Virus record (IMG/VR): IMGVR_UViG_3300017700_000317
Coordinates: 1-38,690 of that record
DNA length: 38,690 nucleotides
Direction: 5' to 3' (one strand)
DNA from: a virus
Lineage: Duplodnaviria > Caudoviricetes
Shown one piece after another: positions 9,035-16,700 of this stretch. Every line of letters begins with the position of its first letter. Position 1 is the first letter of the stretch. The translations under genes and the position numbers were made by a program. The notes beneath the pieces are model-generated. The model made no database searches and was not told where the DNA came from. It was given only the letters and a program-made list of their open reading frames with translations.

Positions 9035-10002
9035 TGATTCATCTCCTTGACCTTGTCGAGGCAGGAGTTCCAGCCGCGATTGGTTGCGTCCACGAAGCCT
9101 GGTGTTATTGGTTTGCGCTCAGGCAGCACCACCGCTACCGGCGCGGGCGGCGAGTCCTTCAGTTTTACAAGGTTTCCGCGAACGACTTCCGAGTAATCAA
9201 TGTCGCTGAACCACTCCTGATAACAGCTGGCGCATTGCTTGTGCTCGCCTTGTTCGTGATGCAGGTCTTCGCAGCCGCATTCTGGGCAATAGCTCCACAC
9301 CACCGCCTCACCCTGCCCGCCCTTCAGCCGCTCGATTTCAGCTTTCAGGGTGTCGCGCTGATCTATGGCAGCCGCCCAGCCCTTATTCATCTCGCCCATG
9401 CGATCATCTTTCTCAACGCAAAGCGCCGTCAGCCGTGCGATGGTGGCTTGCAGTTCCTCGCTCTCGTCGTAGAGCTTTGTCAGGGCGTCTTCAACATCAG
9501 CCACCGACTTGGCGTAAACCTCGTGGCCGTCACCGTCACCCGGCACAACGTCCAGCATGATGTTCGTGACGCTGAGGGCTTGCAGTTCGGCGAGTTCGGG
9601 CGGGGCGCGGAACAGCGGGCAGATTATGTGTAGGCGGGGGTTGTTCTTTTCGAATCCCCATTCAACCTGCTGCAAGTCAACGAACCCGATTACGCCTGTT
9701 TCTTCGTGCTGGTACATGAAGGCTTCAGGCTCAGGGTTCGGCTGGCGCTCGACGACAGGGGCGCCGTTGCCCGATTCAAGAAAGCCACAGCCATTTTGGT
9801 TGCAGATGTCCGTTGTGGAAGCACTGCACTGGCCGCACTTATTAGGCTGCCGCTCGACGACAGGGGCGGCGAGTAGGGCGCGCATGGCATCAGCTACTGG
9901 CACATTTGACGAGCCAATATCGTCAGCTCGAAGCGCAAGGTATTCAACCGCGTTCAGTGCGTATTGGAAAAGCTGCATCGGAACTTCAATTTTACTGCTC
10001 AT
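9031..10002 (-). CDS. Mosaic Eaa/Ead-type early protein with coiled-coil and Cys clusters
   Basis: Repeated PVVERQP linker, EPEAFM, CPECG...CASC, C-terminal GWNSCLD. Confidence 0.75.
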   Translation of the reverse strand: MSSKIEVPMQLFQYALNAVEYLALRADDIGSSNVPVADAMRALLAAPVVERQPNKCGQCSASTTDICNQNGCGFLESGNGAPVVERQPNPEPEAFMYQHEETGVIGFVDLQQVEWGFEKNNPRLHIICPLFRAPPELAELQALSVTNIMLDVVPGDGDGHEVYAKSVADVEDALTKLYDESEELQATIARLTALCVEKDDRMGEMNKGWAAAIDQRDTLKAEIERLKGGQGEAVVWSYCPECGCEDLHHEQGEHKQCASCYQEWFSDIDYSEVVRGNLVKLKDSPPAPVAVVLPERKPITPGFVDATNRGWNSCLDKVKEMNQ

Positions 10003-10442
10003 TCGCTTGCTCCCGATTCGGTGGGTTGAAGTGCGGCCACGTAATCCATAGCCAACGTTCCGACTTGCCGAACATCGGCGCAGCTTGCGAAGTGGCGCAG
10101 CATGCTTTCGTGTGACGCATTCCGCTGCTCGGCGGCTGTCAGGCGCTGCTTCAGAACTTCATGACCTGACTTCCAGGAGCGAACTTGGCATTGCTGGTGC
10201 TCCAGATCTTCCCGCAACGCAGCCAGCTCAGCGTTCAACGCATCAACAACAAGCTTCGATGAGTACCCTTTGTAGGCTTCACGCAACGCGGCCAGCTCGG
10301 ATTGGGCGTCACTTTCCAGCACATACCGAACCGACGAACAGCCACACTCGCACTGAGGCCAAGCGTCGTCTTCGCACCACTCGCGACCATCGCCTTCCTT
10401 CTGGCAGGCCGGACCTAGATAAATAACTTTCGGATCTTCCAC
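9999..10442 (-). CDS. Ead/Ea22-like coiled-coil early protein (GTG start)
   Basis: GGAG RBS before GTG 10442; ELAALRE twice; QRLTAAEQRN. Confidence 0.7.
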   Translation of the reverse strand: MEDPKVIYLGPACQKEGDGREWCEDDAWPQCECGCSSVRYVLESDAQSELAALREAYKGYSSKLVVDALNAELAALREDLEHQQCQVRSWKSGHEVLKQRLTAAEQRNASHESMLRHFASCADVRQVGTLAMDYVAALQPTESGASE

Positions 10443-10779
10443 GGTAATTCTCCAATCTGCTGTGCCCGATAGGGCGGTTATTGTTGGGCGCGCTGGCTCT
10501 GAGCTGGCTGTGGAATGTGGATCGGTGGAAGCCGACGTGCTGCTCGACGTCGTACCAAGTCGAGCCTTGAGCGCGCATGTCGAGCGCAAGGGCCAGATAC
10601 TCGCCAGTGCACTGCTTGGGCTTACCCTTATTCCCCAGCACAACACCGGCTTGGTTCAGATACCGCACGACGGTGGAGTACGAGCAACCCGCAGCATCAG
10701 CGATCTCTTCGGCGCAATGCCCGGCTGCATTCATCGTGAAAATCAGCCCGATCGAGTCAGGCGATAACTTGGCGGTCAT
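10309..10779 (-). CDS. Double helix-turn-helix protein; C-terminus probably a run-on
   Basis: AEEIADAAGCSYSTVVRYL and STWYDVEQHVGFHRSTF. Confidence 0.65.
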   Translation of the reverse strand: MTAKLSPDSIGLIFTMNAAGHCAEEIADAAGCSYSTVVRYLNQAGVVLGNKGKPKQCTGEYLALALDMRAQGSTWYDVEQHVGFHRSTFHSQLRASAPNNNRPIGHSRLENYRGRSESYLSRSGLPEGRRWSRVVRRRRLASVRVWLFVGSVCAGK

Positions 10780-10919
10780 GGCTCATTCCTCTGTGCGTGT
10801 TCCTGCTGCCGGGCCTTCGAACATGCTTTGTGATTACTGGTACTGCGCGGCTTCTGGCAGTAGGTGCAGAAAAATCCGAGCTCCAAATAGCCAGCCTCGA
10901 GCTTTCCTTTGGATGACAT
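10776..10919 (-). CDS. 47-aa CxxC...HxxC zinc-finger microprotein
   Basis: GGGAGG RBS; MSSKGKLEAGYLELGFFCTYCQKPRSTSNHKACSKAR; ATGA coupling to the next gene. Confidence 0.6.
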   Translation of the reverse strand: MSSKGKLEAGYLELGFFCTYCQKPRSTSNHKACSKARQQEHAQRNEP

Positions 10920-10931
10920 AGGGCCTCCCGG

Positions 10932-11123
10932 TTACTTGGCGAGTGTCTCGGCGCGCTTCTTCGACCAGGCGATCACATCCAGCACGGCGCTCTTGCTGAA
11001 CACACTGCGAGACTTGTAGTAATCGACCGAGTCTCGCGCAACGCTGAAGCAGATCCCCTCAGGGAACTTCATCTTGCGCAGCTCGTCGTGAACGTTCTTT
11101 TCGATGAATTCAAACGGAGTCAT
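10932..11123 (-). CDS. Hypothetical protein, 63 aa (MTPFEFIEKNVHDEL...)
   Basis: ATGA overlap at 11120-11123. Confidence 0.65.
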   Translation of the reverse strand: MTPFEFIEKNVHDELRKMKFPEGICFSVARDSVDYYKSRSVFSKSAVLDVIAWSKKRAETLAK

Positions 11124-11320
11124 ATCGCCACCCATTCGTTTTTGCCGTTGTAGAAGCCGCGCCACTCGCCGAGCCGAAACACCAGGGTTCCAGGCGTGCA
11201 GAGCCATGCGCGGTGGATTGGCCCGCCATCGAGCCGGAAGCTTTTCTTGATAGCGCTCAGCCTGCGCTTGCGAAGTCGCGGACGAGACAGGTCGATCCGC
11301 CGTATTCGGAGTAGGCTCAT
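11120..11320 (-). CDS. Hypothetical basic protein, 66 aa
   Basis: Operon context; Arg-rich. Confidence 0.55.
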   Translation of the reverse strand: MSLLRIRRIDLSRPRLRKRRLSAIKKSFRLDGGPIHRAWLCTPGTLVFRLGEWRGFYNGKNEWVAI

Positions 11321-11337
11321 ATGGTCCGCCTGGGGAG

Positions 11338-11649
11338 TTATTCGTCGTGACAGATGCGCAGGGCTTCGCGGTTGTAGGCGAGCTGCAATTTTGCCGACAC
11401 GTTTTCGGGTATCTCGTAACTGTGGCGCGGAGGGGCAAGTAGCGGCGCGGACTTTTGAGGCCCTAACGCATGAAGATGGTGAATCATCAGCGTGATGGCC
11501 TCGCCCTGTTCCTCGATGCCGCTCCAGGCCATCAGCTCAGCGAGTGCTTGGCGTGTGCCGGCCATGCAGTGCAGCCTGATCTCTTCCTCGCCCCGAGCCT
11601 TGCGCTTGAGTGCCGTCTTGGCTGAGCGTGCTTTCTGTTCTGATGCCAT
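11338..11649 (-). CDS. Hypothetical protein, possible ribbon-helix-helix DNA-binding protein
   Basis: RKARGEEEIRLH...TRQALAELMAWSG...GEAITLMI. Confidence 0.7.
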   Translation of the reverse strand: MASEQKARSAKTALKRKARGEEEIRLHCMAGTRQALAELMAWSGIEEQGEAITLMIHHLHALGPQKSAPLLAPPRHSYEIPENVSAKLQLAYNREALRICHDE

Positions 11650-11652
11650 GAG

Positions 11653-12297
11653 TTACCCCTGCTTGGCGAAGAAGGCCGGATGAGGCCCTGCTCTGCGTTT
11701 CGGGTAGTCGATGTTGAACTTGGCGAGCAGCCGATTGAATCTGGTGAAGTTCATGCCGATCTGGCTCATTGCCCGGGTGCGCGACAGGCCTTCTTTCGCC
11801 AAGGCCTTGATGCGCTCTGCGTCCTCTTCATCCCGCGCATCATCTGTCATGGTTGGGCGAAGGTTTTGCAGGCCGATATGGGACGCTGGCTGGAAGCTGA
11901 ATCCCCCTTCCTTGGCCAGTGTTGCCAGAAGCTTGCGGGATATCCCGGTGGCTTCATGGGCTTGGGCATAGGTCATTGTTGCGGCCAGCTTCCTTGCTCG
12001 GTCCGTCTGTTGTGCGCGTATCACCGCTTTTGCATTGGCCCGCTCATCGCGCTCAAGTTGCCGCCTGGTCTTCTGTCGGATCGCCGCGGCAGTCGGCGGT
12101 TTGGGCGTTGTGTCCTTGATCACTACAACGCGTGGCGGCGGCTCATGGCGCACAGGGGGGGGGATGAAACTCGGCCCCTGCAACACCTCAATAGTCCCTC
12201 CTTTGCTCAAGAAGGCCTCCATCTTGAGGGCCAGCGCATGACGGTCAGGGTCGAGTGCCTTGACCATGTTCAGATCGTTGCTGATGTAGGCGTTCAT
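11653..12297 (-). CDS. Protein with an N-terminal SutA-like RNAP-binding segment and two HTH-like regions
   Basis: DRHALALKMEAFLSKGGTIEVL; MTYAQAHEATGISRKLL; GLSRTRAMSQIGMNFTRFNRLL; GAGG RBS before ATG 12297. Confidence 0.7.
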   Translation of the reverse strand: MNAYISNDLNMVKALDPDRHALALKMEAFLSKGGTIEVLQGPSFIPPPVRHEPPPRVVVIKDTTPKPPTAAAIRQKTRRQLERDERANAKAVIRAQQTDRARKLAATMTYAQAHEATGISRKLLATLAKEGGFSFQPASHIGLQNLRPTMTDDARDEEDAERIKALAKEGLSRTRAMSQIGMNFTRFNRLLAKFNIDYPKRRAGPHPAFFAKQG

Positions 12298-12304
12298 GGC
12301 GGCC

Positions 12305-12802
12305 TCACTTAATGCTGATTGAGCTTTTGCCGGTTTCGGTGTGAGCACCGGGCACTTCGATCCCTTCCTTGATCGCTTTGGCGATGGCGGCCTTGTCCGG
12401 CGCGCTGCTCACCTTGACGCTGACGTAGTCGTCAGGGATGGCTTTCTCATCGTCGATGACAACGATCGGCTTGCCCTTGCCGCAGGTGATTGTGAATAGC
12501 GGGTGAGTGATCTTGGTGATGCCCGAGGCTTCCATGTTGGTGCGCAGGTACTCCTTCAGGCTCTCCTTGCGGTTGGTGATGACCCGCTTGCGTTCGGTGA
12601 GTCGGTCAATCTGCGACTGGATAGCCTCAAGGTCTCCGTCGATGTTCAGCGTGACCATGGCAATGGCCTTGCCCTTTTCCTGGAACTCGCCCTCGATGCC
12701 TTCCATGGTGTCGCGCAGGGCGATAGCCAGATCCTCGTCAGCGGTCTCTGCGAGCGCTGCAAGCTCTTTGAACTGCTCGGTGATCGTGTAGAGGGCGGTC
12801 AT
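12305..12802 (-). CDS. Siphovirus Gp157-family (Mu Gam-like) protein
   Basis: MTALYTIT..., IDRLTERK...LKEYL, PDKAAIAKAIKEGIEVPGA. Confidence 0.85.
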   Translation of the reverse strand: MTALYTITEQFKELAALAETADEDLAIALRDTMEGIEGEFQEKGKAIAMVTLNIDGDLEAIQSQIDRLTERKRVITNRKESLKEYLRTNMEASGITKITHPLFTITCGKGKPIVVIDDEKAIPDDYVSVKVSSAPDKAAIAKAIKEGIEVPGAHTETGKSSISIK

Positions 12803-13521
12803 GCTGCTTTCTCCTCAAAACGGGCTTTCTGCTCGTCATACTCGCGAACGATGCGGGTGACGGCCTTGGTGTCTTGGCGCAGCGTGAGCCGGCGGACGGC
12901 GACGTCATGGAAGGCCTTGAGTTCTTTCGACGTCTTGGCGGTCCTCAGCGACTCGATGACCGAGGCGATGTAGTCAAGGCGCTCCTGTTTCTGGCGCTCT
13001 TCCTCAGCGGCCTTATCTTCGGCCTGCTCGATGGCTTGCTCATCTGCCAGCGCGTTGACGTAGTCCTTGTCGTCGAACATCCCGAGGAACACGTCGGCGC
13101 TGAAGCCGAGCATCGACAGCGACTTCTTGATGGCGTCTGTAAGGCTTTTCTTGGGAGCCTCACCATCAGTCGTGGTGCCGTATTTCGACTTGTACAGGTA
13201 GGGCGTGCAGCCGTACTGCTCGAACTCGCCGCGCTCGCCGTCCTGCTTGATCCAGAACAGGATCTTGACGGTGTGGTTCAGCTCGAAGCCCAGACTGGCG
13301 CGCTTTTCGCCTTCGCCGACGAAGATCTCTGCGCCCTTGTCGAAGCGCTCTTCCAGAACCTTCCAGCCGAAGCCGATGCCAGCGGGGCCCAGATGTTCTG
13401 TGGCCTTCATAATCATTGCTGTACCGTTCAGGCTGGTGATTTGCTGCCCACCAACTTTTGCTTCTTTTGTGTATCGCGTGTCAGTTTTGGATACTGCATC
13501 CCATAACTTCATGTTGTTCAT
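12799..13521 (-). CDS. Rad52/Sak-like single-strand annealing protein
   Basis: ATEHLGPAGIGFGW and EAPKKSLTDAIKKSLSMLGFSADVFLG motifs; adjacent to Gp157. Confidence 0.7.
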   Translation of the reverse strand: MNNMKLWDAVSKTDTRYTKEAKVGGQQITSLNGTAMIMKATEHLGPAGIGFGWKVLEERFDKGAEIFVGEGEKRASLGFELNHTVKILFWIKQDGERGEFEQYGCTPYLYKSKYGTTTDGEAPKKSLTDAIKKSLSMLGFSADVFLGMFDDKDYVNALADEQAIEQAEDKAAEEERQKQERLDYIASVIESLRTAKTSKELKAFHDVAVRRLTLRQDTKAVTRIVREYDEQKARFEEKAA

Positions 13522-14033
13522 GATTGACTTCTCTGGATCGGGTTGAATGTGTGCAACTTGCTCTTGGCAAACGTGTAGGCCTGCGCCGCAAGCTCTGGCG
13601 TTTCAAAAAATCCGAGGCTGACTCTTTTTCCTCCGCACCTTATGCGCGCCCGCCACCGTCCAGAGTCGAGAAAAACGCCCATATACCCCGAGGTGTTCGT
13701 CATAGGAAGTTTTCTGTTTTGGTGGTTCTCGGCGCAACTGCACTCGCGCAGATTTCCCCATGAGTTGTTGGCTCGGTTCCCGTCTATATGGTCAACATCA
13801 AGTACTGGCCACGCCCCTGTAACGAACAGGAATGCAACTCTGTGTGCTGAGTAAGCTTTGCCTTTAAAGAAAAGCTGCCAATAGCCTTTATTAATCATTC
13901 TTCCTGCCCGCTTACCAATCTTGGCCTTGCCAAACCCACCCTCCAGCCAAGTGAAATCGCCGGATATTGGATCGTAAGACAGGGCTGCCATGAGCTCAGA
14001 TCGAAAACTATCGTCGAGTTTTTCTTCAGACAT
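13518..14033 (-). CDS. HNH endonuclease with C-terminal AP2 domain
   Basis: LSYDPISGDFTW, AHRVAF, VDHIDGNRANN, NTSGYMGV...WRARI...LGFFETPELAA. Confidence 0.9.
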   Translation of the reverse strand: MSEEKLDDSFRSELMAALSYDPISGDFTWLEGGFGKAKIGKRAGRMINKGYWQLFFKGKAYSAHRVAFLFVTGAWPVLDVDHIDGNRANNSWGNLRECSCAENHQNRKLPMTNTSGYMGVFLDSGRWRARIRCGGKRVSLGFFETPELAAQAYTFAKSKLHTFNPIQRSQS

Positions 14034-14073
14034 GACGGTTCTCCCCGCCATGCAGGCGGCGTATGAGTTCGAT

Positions 14074-14190
14074 TTAAGAGGTGAGCTGACCGACGTAGGC
14101 GCTGGCCAGCATGGCGAAGATGGTGCCGAGGAGGACGATGGCTGAGCCGCGCCAGATTACGATGCGCTTGGCTTTCTGGTAGCCGGTCAT
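14074..14190 (-). CDS. 38-aa single-TM microprotein (MTGYQKAKRIVIWRGSAIVLLGTIF...)
   Basis: ATGA overlap with the upstream stop; basic N-terminus plus TM. Confidence 0.55.
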   Translation of the reverse strand: MTGYQKAKRIVIWRGSAIVLLGTIFAMLASAYVGQLTS

Positions 14191-14537
14191 GCGCTGAACA
14201 TCTTGGCGCGCATAGCCTCAAGAAGGTCGGAAGCCTTGTCCACTTCGTTCTCCCAAAGAGCGCGCTGTATTTCGTCGATGTCTTCGCGGAATTCGCCGAA
14301 AACATGCTGCTCGATCTGCCTCGCTATGTGCCGCATAAGAGGCTCGGTTGTTCGCCCTGTGTCCCATCGGCACATTGCGCCAAGCCGGACCTCAATATTG
14401 TATTCGGTCAAAAATGGAGTTGGCTCGAGCACTCGCTCGTCGATAGTTAGCAGCTCGGCGTATCTCATCGGGCCGACAGGTTTCGCAAACCTGCGATTTG
14501 TTTGGTGGATCTGAATGGCGTCGATTAATTTGCTCAT
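14187..14537 (-). CDS. Hypothetical protein, 116 aa (MSKLIDAIQ...)
   Basis: ATGA overlap at 14534-14537. Confidence 0.7.
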   Translation of the reverse strand: MSKLIDAIQIHQTNRRFAKPVGPMRYAELLTIDERVLEPTPFLTEYNIEVRLGAMCRWDTGRTTEPLMRHIARQIEQHVFGEFREDIDEIQRALWENEVDKASDLLEAMRAKMFSA

Positions 14538-14653
14538 CTCGCCACCGCCACAGGAAGGCTGATCTGCCTCGGAGCGCCGTTCTCTTGGAACAGCATGTAC
14601 TGGAGCATTACGACCGTCAGGCCGCAGGCGAGAATCCAGAAGAGTGGTTTCAT
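14534..14653 (-). CDS. 39-aa single-TM microprotein (MKPLFWILACGLTVVMLQYML...)
   Basis: ATGA overlaps at both ends. Confidence 0.55.
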   Translation of the reverse strand: MKPLFWILACGLTVVMLQYMLFQENGAPRQISLPVAVAR

Positions 14654-14958
14654 TGTTCGGCCCTAGACTTGGCGCAGGCGAGCCAACCCTCAAGCTGAAG
14701 GTTTGCATCAGATGCCTGACCGGCTTCGTAGATACGTCCGTTCATTGATTTGTAGCGATTGTCTGCCTTCGAGAAGAAGATGCCGTCTGGCAGCTCAAAG
14801 TCCTTCTCAAACAACTCACGCTCTTTCGCCTCGTCGACGTCCGTCGCGCACTTCCAGGCTTTCAACCACCACGCCCATAACGCGAGACGATCAGCACCTT
14901 GAATGCCAACATGATCAGCCGCCGCCTTGAAATCTTCTTTTGACTTGCTCATGCTCAT
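14650..14958 (-). CDS. Hypothetical protein, 102 aa
   Basis: ATGA-coupled; ERELFE...GWLACAKSRA. Confidence 0.7.
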   Translation of the reverse strand: MSMSKSKEDFKAAADHVGIQGADRLALWAWWLKAWKCATDVDEAKERELFEKDFELPDGIFFSKADNRYKSMNGRIYEAGQASDANLQLEGWLACAKSRAEQ

Positions 14959-15089
14959 TTCCCCCTGTACTGAACCGGAACGAAGGTGTACTGCTCACGG
15001 CCGTGTTTATGGACAGACCAGAACTCCATGTCGATTCGGTTCATCAGTTCCTGGAAGGTGTAGATGCGGGTTCCGAGTTGGAATTTCAT
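14955..15089 (-). CDS. 44-aa hypothetical protein (MKFQLGTRIYTFQEL...)
   Basis: GAGGTG RBS; ATGA overlaps at both ends. Confidence 0.6.
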   Translation of the reverse strand: MKFQLGTRIYTFQELMNRIDMEFWSVHKHGREQYTFVPVQYRGK

Positions 15090-15406
15090 GGCATCACCTC
15101 AAACCGTAGGCCGGCGTGATAAAGGCATGTTGCGATCTTTTCGTGGTCGCTACACCACGAAGGCATCGCTGATTTTATGGCGGCAATATCTGCCTTTTCT
15201 TTTTCCGCCGCGATCTGCTCTGGCGTGCGTATTGGGCGGAACTGCATTTCCCGAACGTAATAGTGCTGCTCGTGGTCGTGTGATTTAAGGATTGCGTAGA
15301 CCGTTCCGATGTAGAGCGCTTCGCCTCGCTTCCACTCGCTACTGCTATAACGCCATTCGAACTCGACCCCAACAGGCGGCAGGCCTTCACCGGTCCAAAC
15401 ACTCAT
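15086..15406 (-). CDS. Hypothetical phage protein (WTGEGLPPVG...FRPIRTPEQIAAE type)
   Basis: Motif typical of lambdoid early-region proteins; GAGG RBS. Confidence 0.75.
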   Translation of the reverse strand: MSVWTGEGLPPVGVEFEWRYSSSEWKRGEALYIGTVYAILKSHDHEQHYYVREMQFRPIRTPEQIAAEKEKADIAAIKSAMPSWCSDHEKIATCLYHAGLRFEVMP

Positions 15407-15537
15407 GACAACCTCACCACCAGCATGCCGCGCCGGGTCTGAACCTTGATGCGCTGAGGCAGATCAGCGACCAGAAAAAAGCCCTGACGATTCAGGGCTT
15501 CGGTCATTGCTTTGGCGTTTCTCGCGATGATGGTCAT
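15403..15537 (-). CDS. 44-aa hypothetical protein (MTIIARNAKAMTEALNRQGFF...)
   Basis: AGGAG RBS; ATGA overlaps at both ends. Confidence 0.55.
   Translation of the reverse strand: MTIIARNAKAMTEALNRQGFFLVADLPQRIKVQTRRGMLVVRLS
15475..15500 (-). terminator. Intrinsic terminator embedded in the 44-aa ORF
   Basis: Minus strand AAGCCCTGA-ATCG-TCAGGGCTT-TTTT: perfect 9-bp stem ending in a U6 run. Confidence 0.7.
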
Positions 15538-15728
15538 GCCGCACTCCTTGGCCGATGCGCGATGGCGACATTCAGCCGTTTGCAGTAATGGTCGAACTCT
15601 TCAAGGCTTAATGCGCCGTCCGTGTAGAACCGGGTGATGTTTCTCAGCACCAGGGTTTCGTACAGGGGAGGGCAGGCAGGGTGATTGAGTTCGTCAAGGT
15701 CGTTGTCGATTGCGATGTGTGGGCTCAT
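15534..15728 (-). CDS. Hypothetical protein, 64 aa
   Basis: ATGA-coupled ORF. Confidence 0.65.
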   Translation of the reverse strand: MSPHIAIDNDLDELNHPACPPLYETLVLRNITRFYTDGALSLEEFDHYCKRLNVAIAHRPRSAA

Positions 15729-16132
15729 AGGTCTGCATCCTCTGCCTGGGCAATAAGCGCATCCCGCGCCAGAGGCCGCAGAAGCTCGACAGCGATATCT
15801 CGAAGAGTCTCGTCAGGGTCTGCGCAATTGAGCGCCTCGTTAGCTGTGGTGGCGGCGTCTGACGATGCTTTGCAACGCGCATGAAGGATCAACCTTCCGA
15901 TCACTGAGCTGCTCATGCCGGGAGCCGAGAACTGCTCGGAGACGTGCTCGTCGATAGCCAGCGCAAAGCGCTCAAAGCTGACGCCCTGCGGGCTGTGGAG
16001 GCGGCGCTTGAACTGAACGTCGCGGCGGTTCATCAAGTGCTCGACAGCATCATCCAGCCAAGACTGCTCGGCTGGCGTGCAGGGAATGATTGCCTTGCCA
16101 ATGCGTGGCAGGCTGTGTGCTGCTGCGTTCAT
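15725..16132 (-). CDS. Hypothetical protein, 135 aa
   Basis: GGAGG RBS before ATG 16132. Confidence 0.7.
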   Translation of the reverse strand: MNAAAHSLPRIGKAIIPCTPAEQSWLDDAVEHLMNRRDVQFKRRLHSPQGVSFERFALAIDEHVSEQFSAPGMSSSVIGRLILHARCKASSDAATTANEALNCADPDETLRDIAVELLRPLARDALIAQAEDADL

Positions 16133-16150
16133 GTTCGCCTCCAATTGGCG

Positions 16151-16273
16151 TTAGGCGATATACCCGCCCGGCATAGTGGTAACGACCTTCCTCGGTGCGT
16201 CATGCATCCGACCTTTGGCGCAGTCGTGGACGTCGGGGCGGGGCTTGCGGGGTGAGGGGGTTGTGCGTTTCAT
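16151..16273 (-). CDS. 40-aa basic microprotein (MKRTTPSPRKPRPDVHDCAKGRMHD...)
   Basis: GGAG RBS; fills the gap between neighbours. Confidence 0.5.
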   Translation of the reverse strand: MKRTTPSPRKPRPDVHDCAKGRMHDAPRKVVTTMPGGYIA

Positions 16274-16288
16274 GGTTGCACTCCAGCG

Positions 16289-16564
16289 CTACGCGGCGCT
16301 TGCGATTCCGCTTGGTGAGTTGCGCAACGGTGTGCGCCAGTTCTTGTCGAAGTCATGCATGGCTGCCTCTGGTGTGTCACCGAAACCAGCAACACCAGAT
16401 TGCAGATCAGCGCCGAACAACACGCAGTACTGGTTGCCGTCGATGCTCAAGGCTGGGCGGAACACAACGGAAGGGCGGGTGTGTGCGTGGCTGATGTCGC
16501 TGCAAGCCTCTTGGACTGCACTGACAAACAGGGCTGATGCGTATGCGCTTTCTACGTCGTTCAT
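16289..16564 (-). CDS. Hypothetical protein, 91 aa (possible HicB-N-like fold)
   Basis: AAGGAG RBS; DGNQYCVLFG...GVAGFGDTPEAAM. Confidence 0.7.
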   Translation of the reverse strand: MNDVESAYASALFVSAVQEACSDISHAHTRPSVVFRPALSIDGNQYCVLFGADLQSGVAGFGDTPEAAMHDFDKNWRTPLRNSPSGIASAA

Positions 16565-16580
16565 AAGTTTCTCCTTGCCC

Positions 16581-16609
16581 AATAAAAAGCCCGAGCGAAC
16601 CCGGGCTTT
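16581..16609 (-). terminator. Intrinsic terminator (tL1-like)
   Basis: Minus strand AAAGCCCGGG-TTCG-CTCGGGCTTTTTATT. Confidence 0.8.
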
Positions 16610-16700
16610 ACCTTCCCTACGTCACGACCGGGCGCATGAGGCGTCGGATCGTTGTTGTCTGTTACATGGCTGCATCCTCCGCGTTGAGTTGGTAATTGGT

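Noticed and set aside
8917-9633. 238-aa plus-strand ORF and similar plus-strand ORFs across 7200-17100
   Set aside because: They oppose a tightly coupled minus-strand operon; shadow frames in GC-rich DNA
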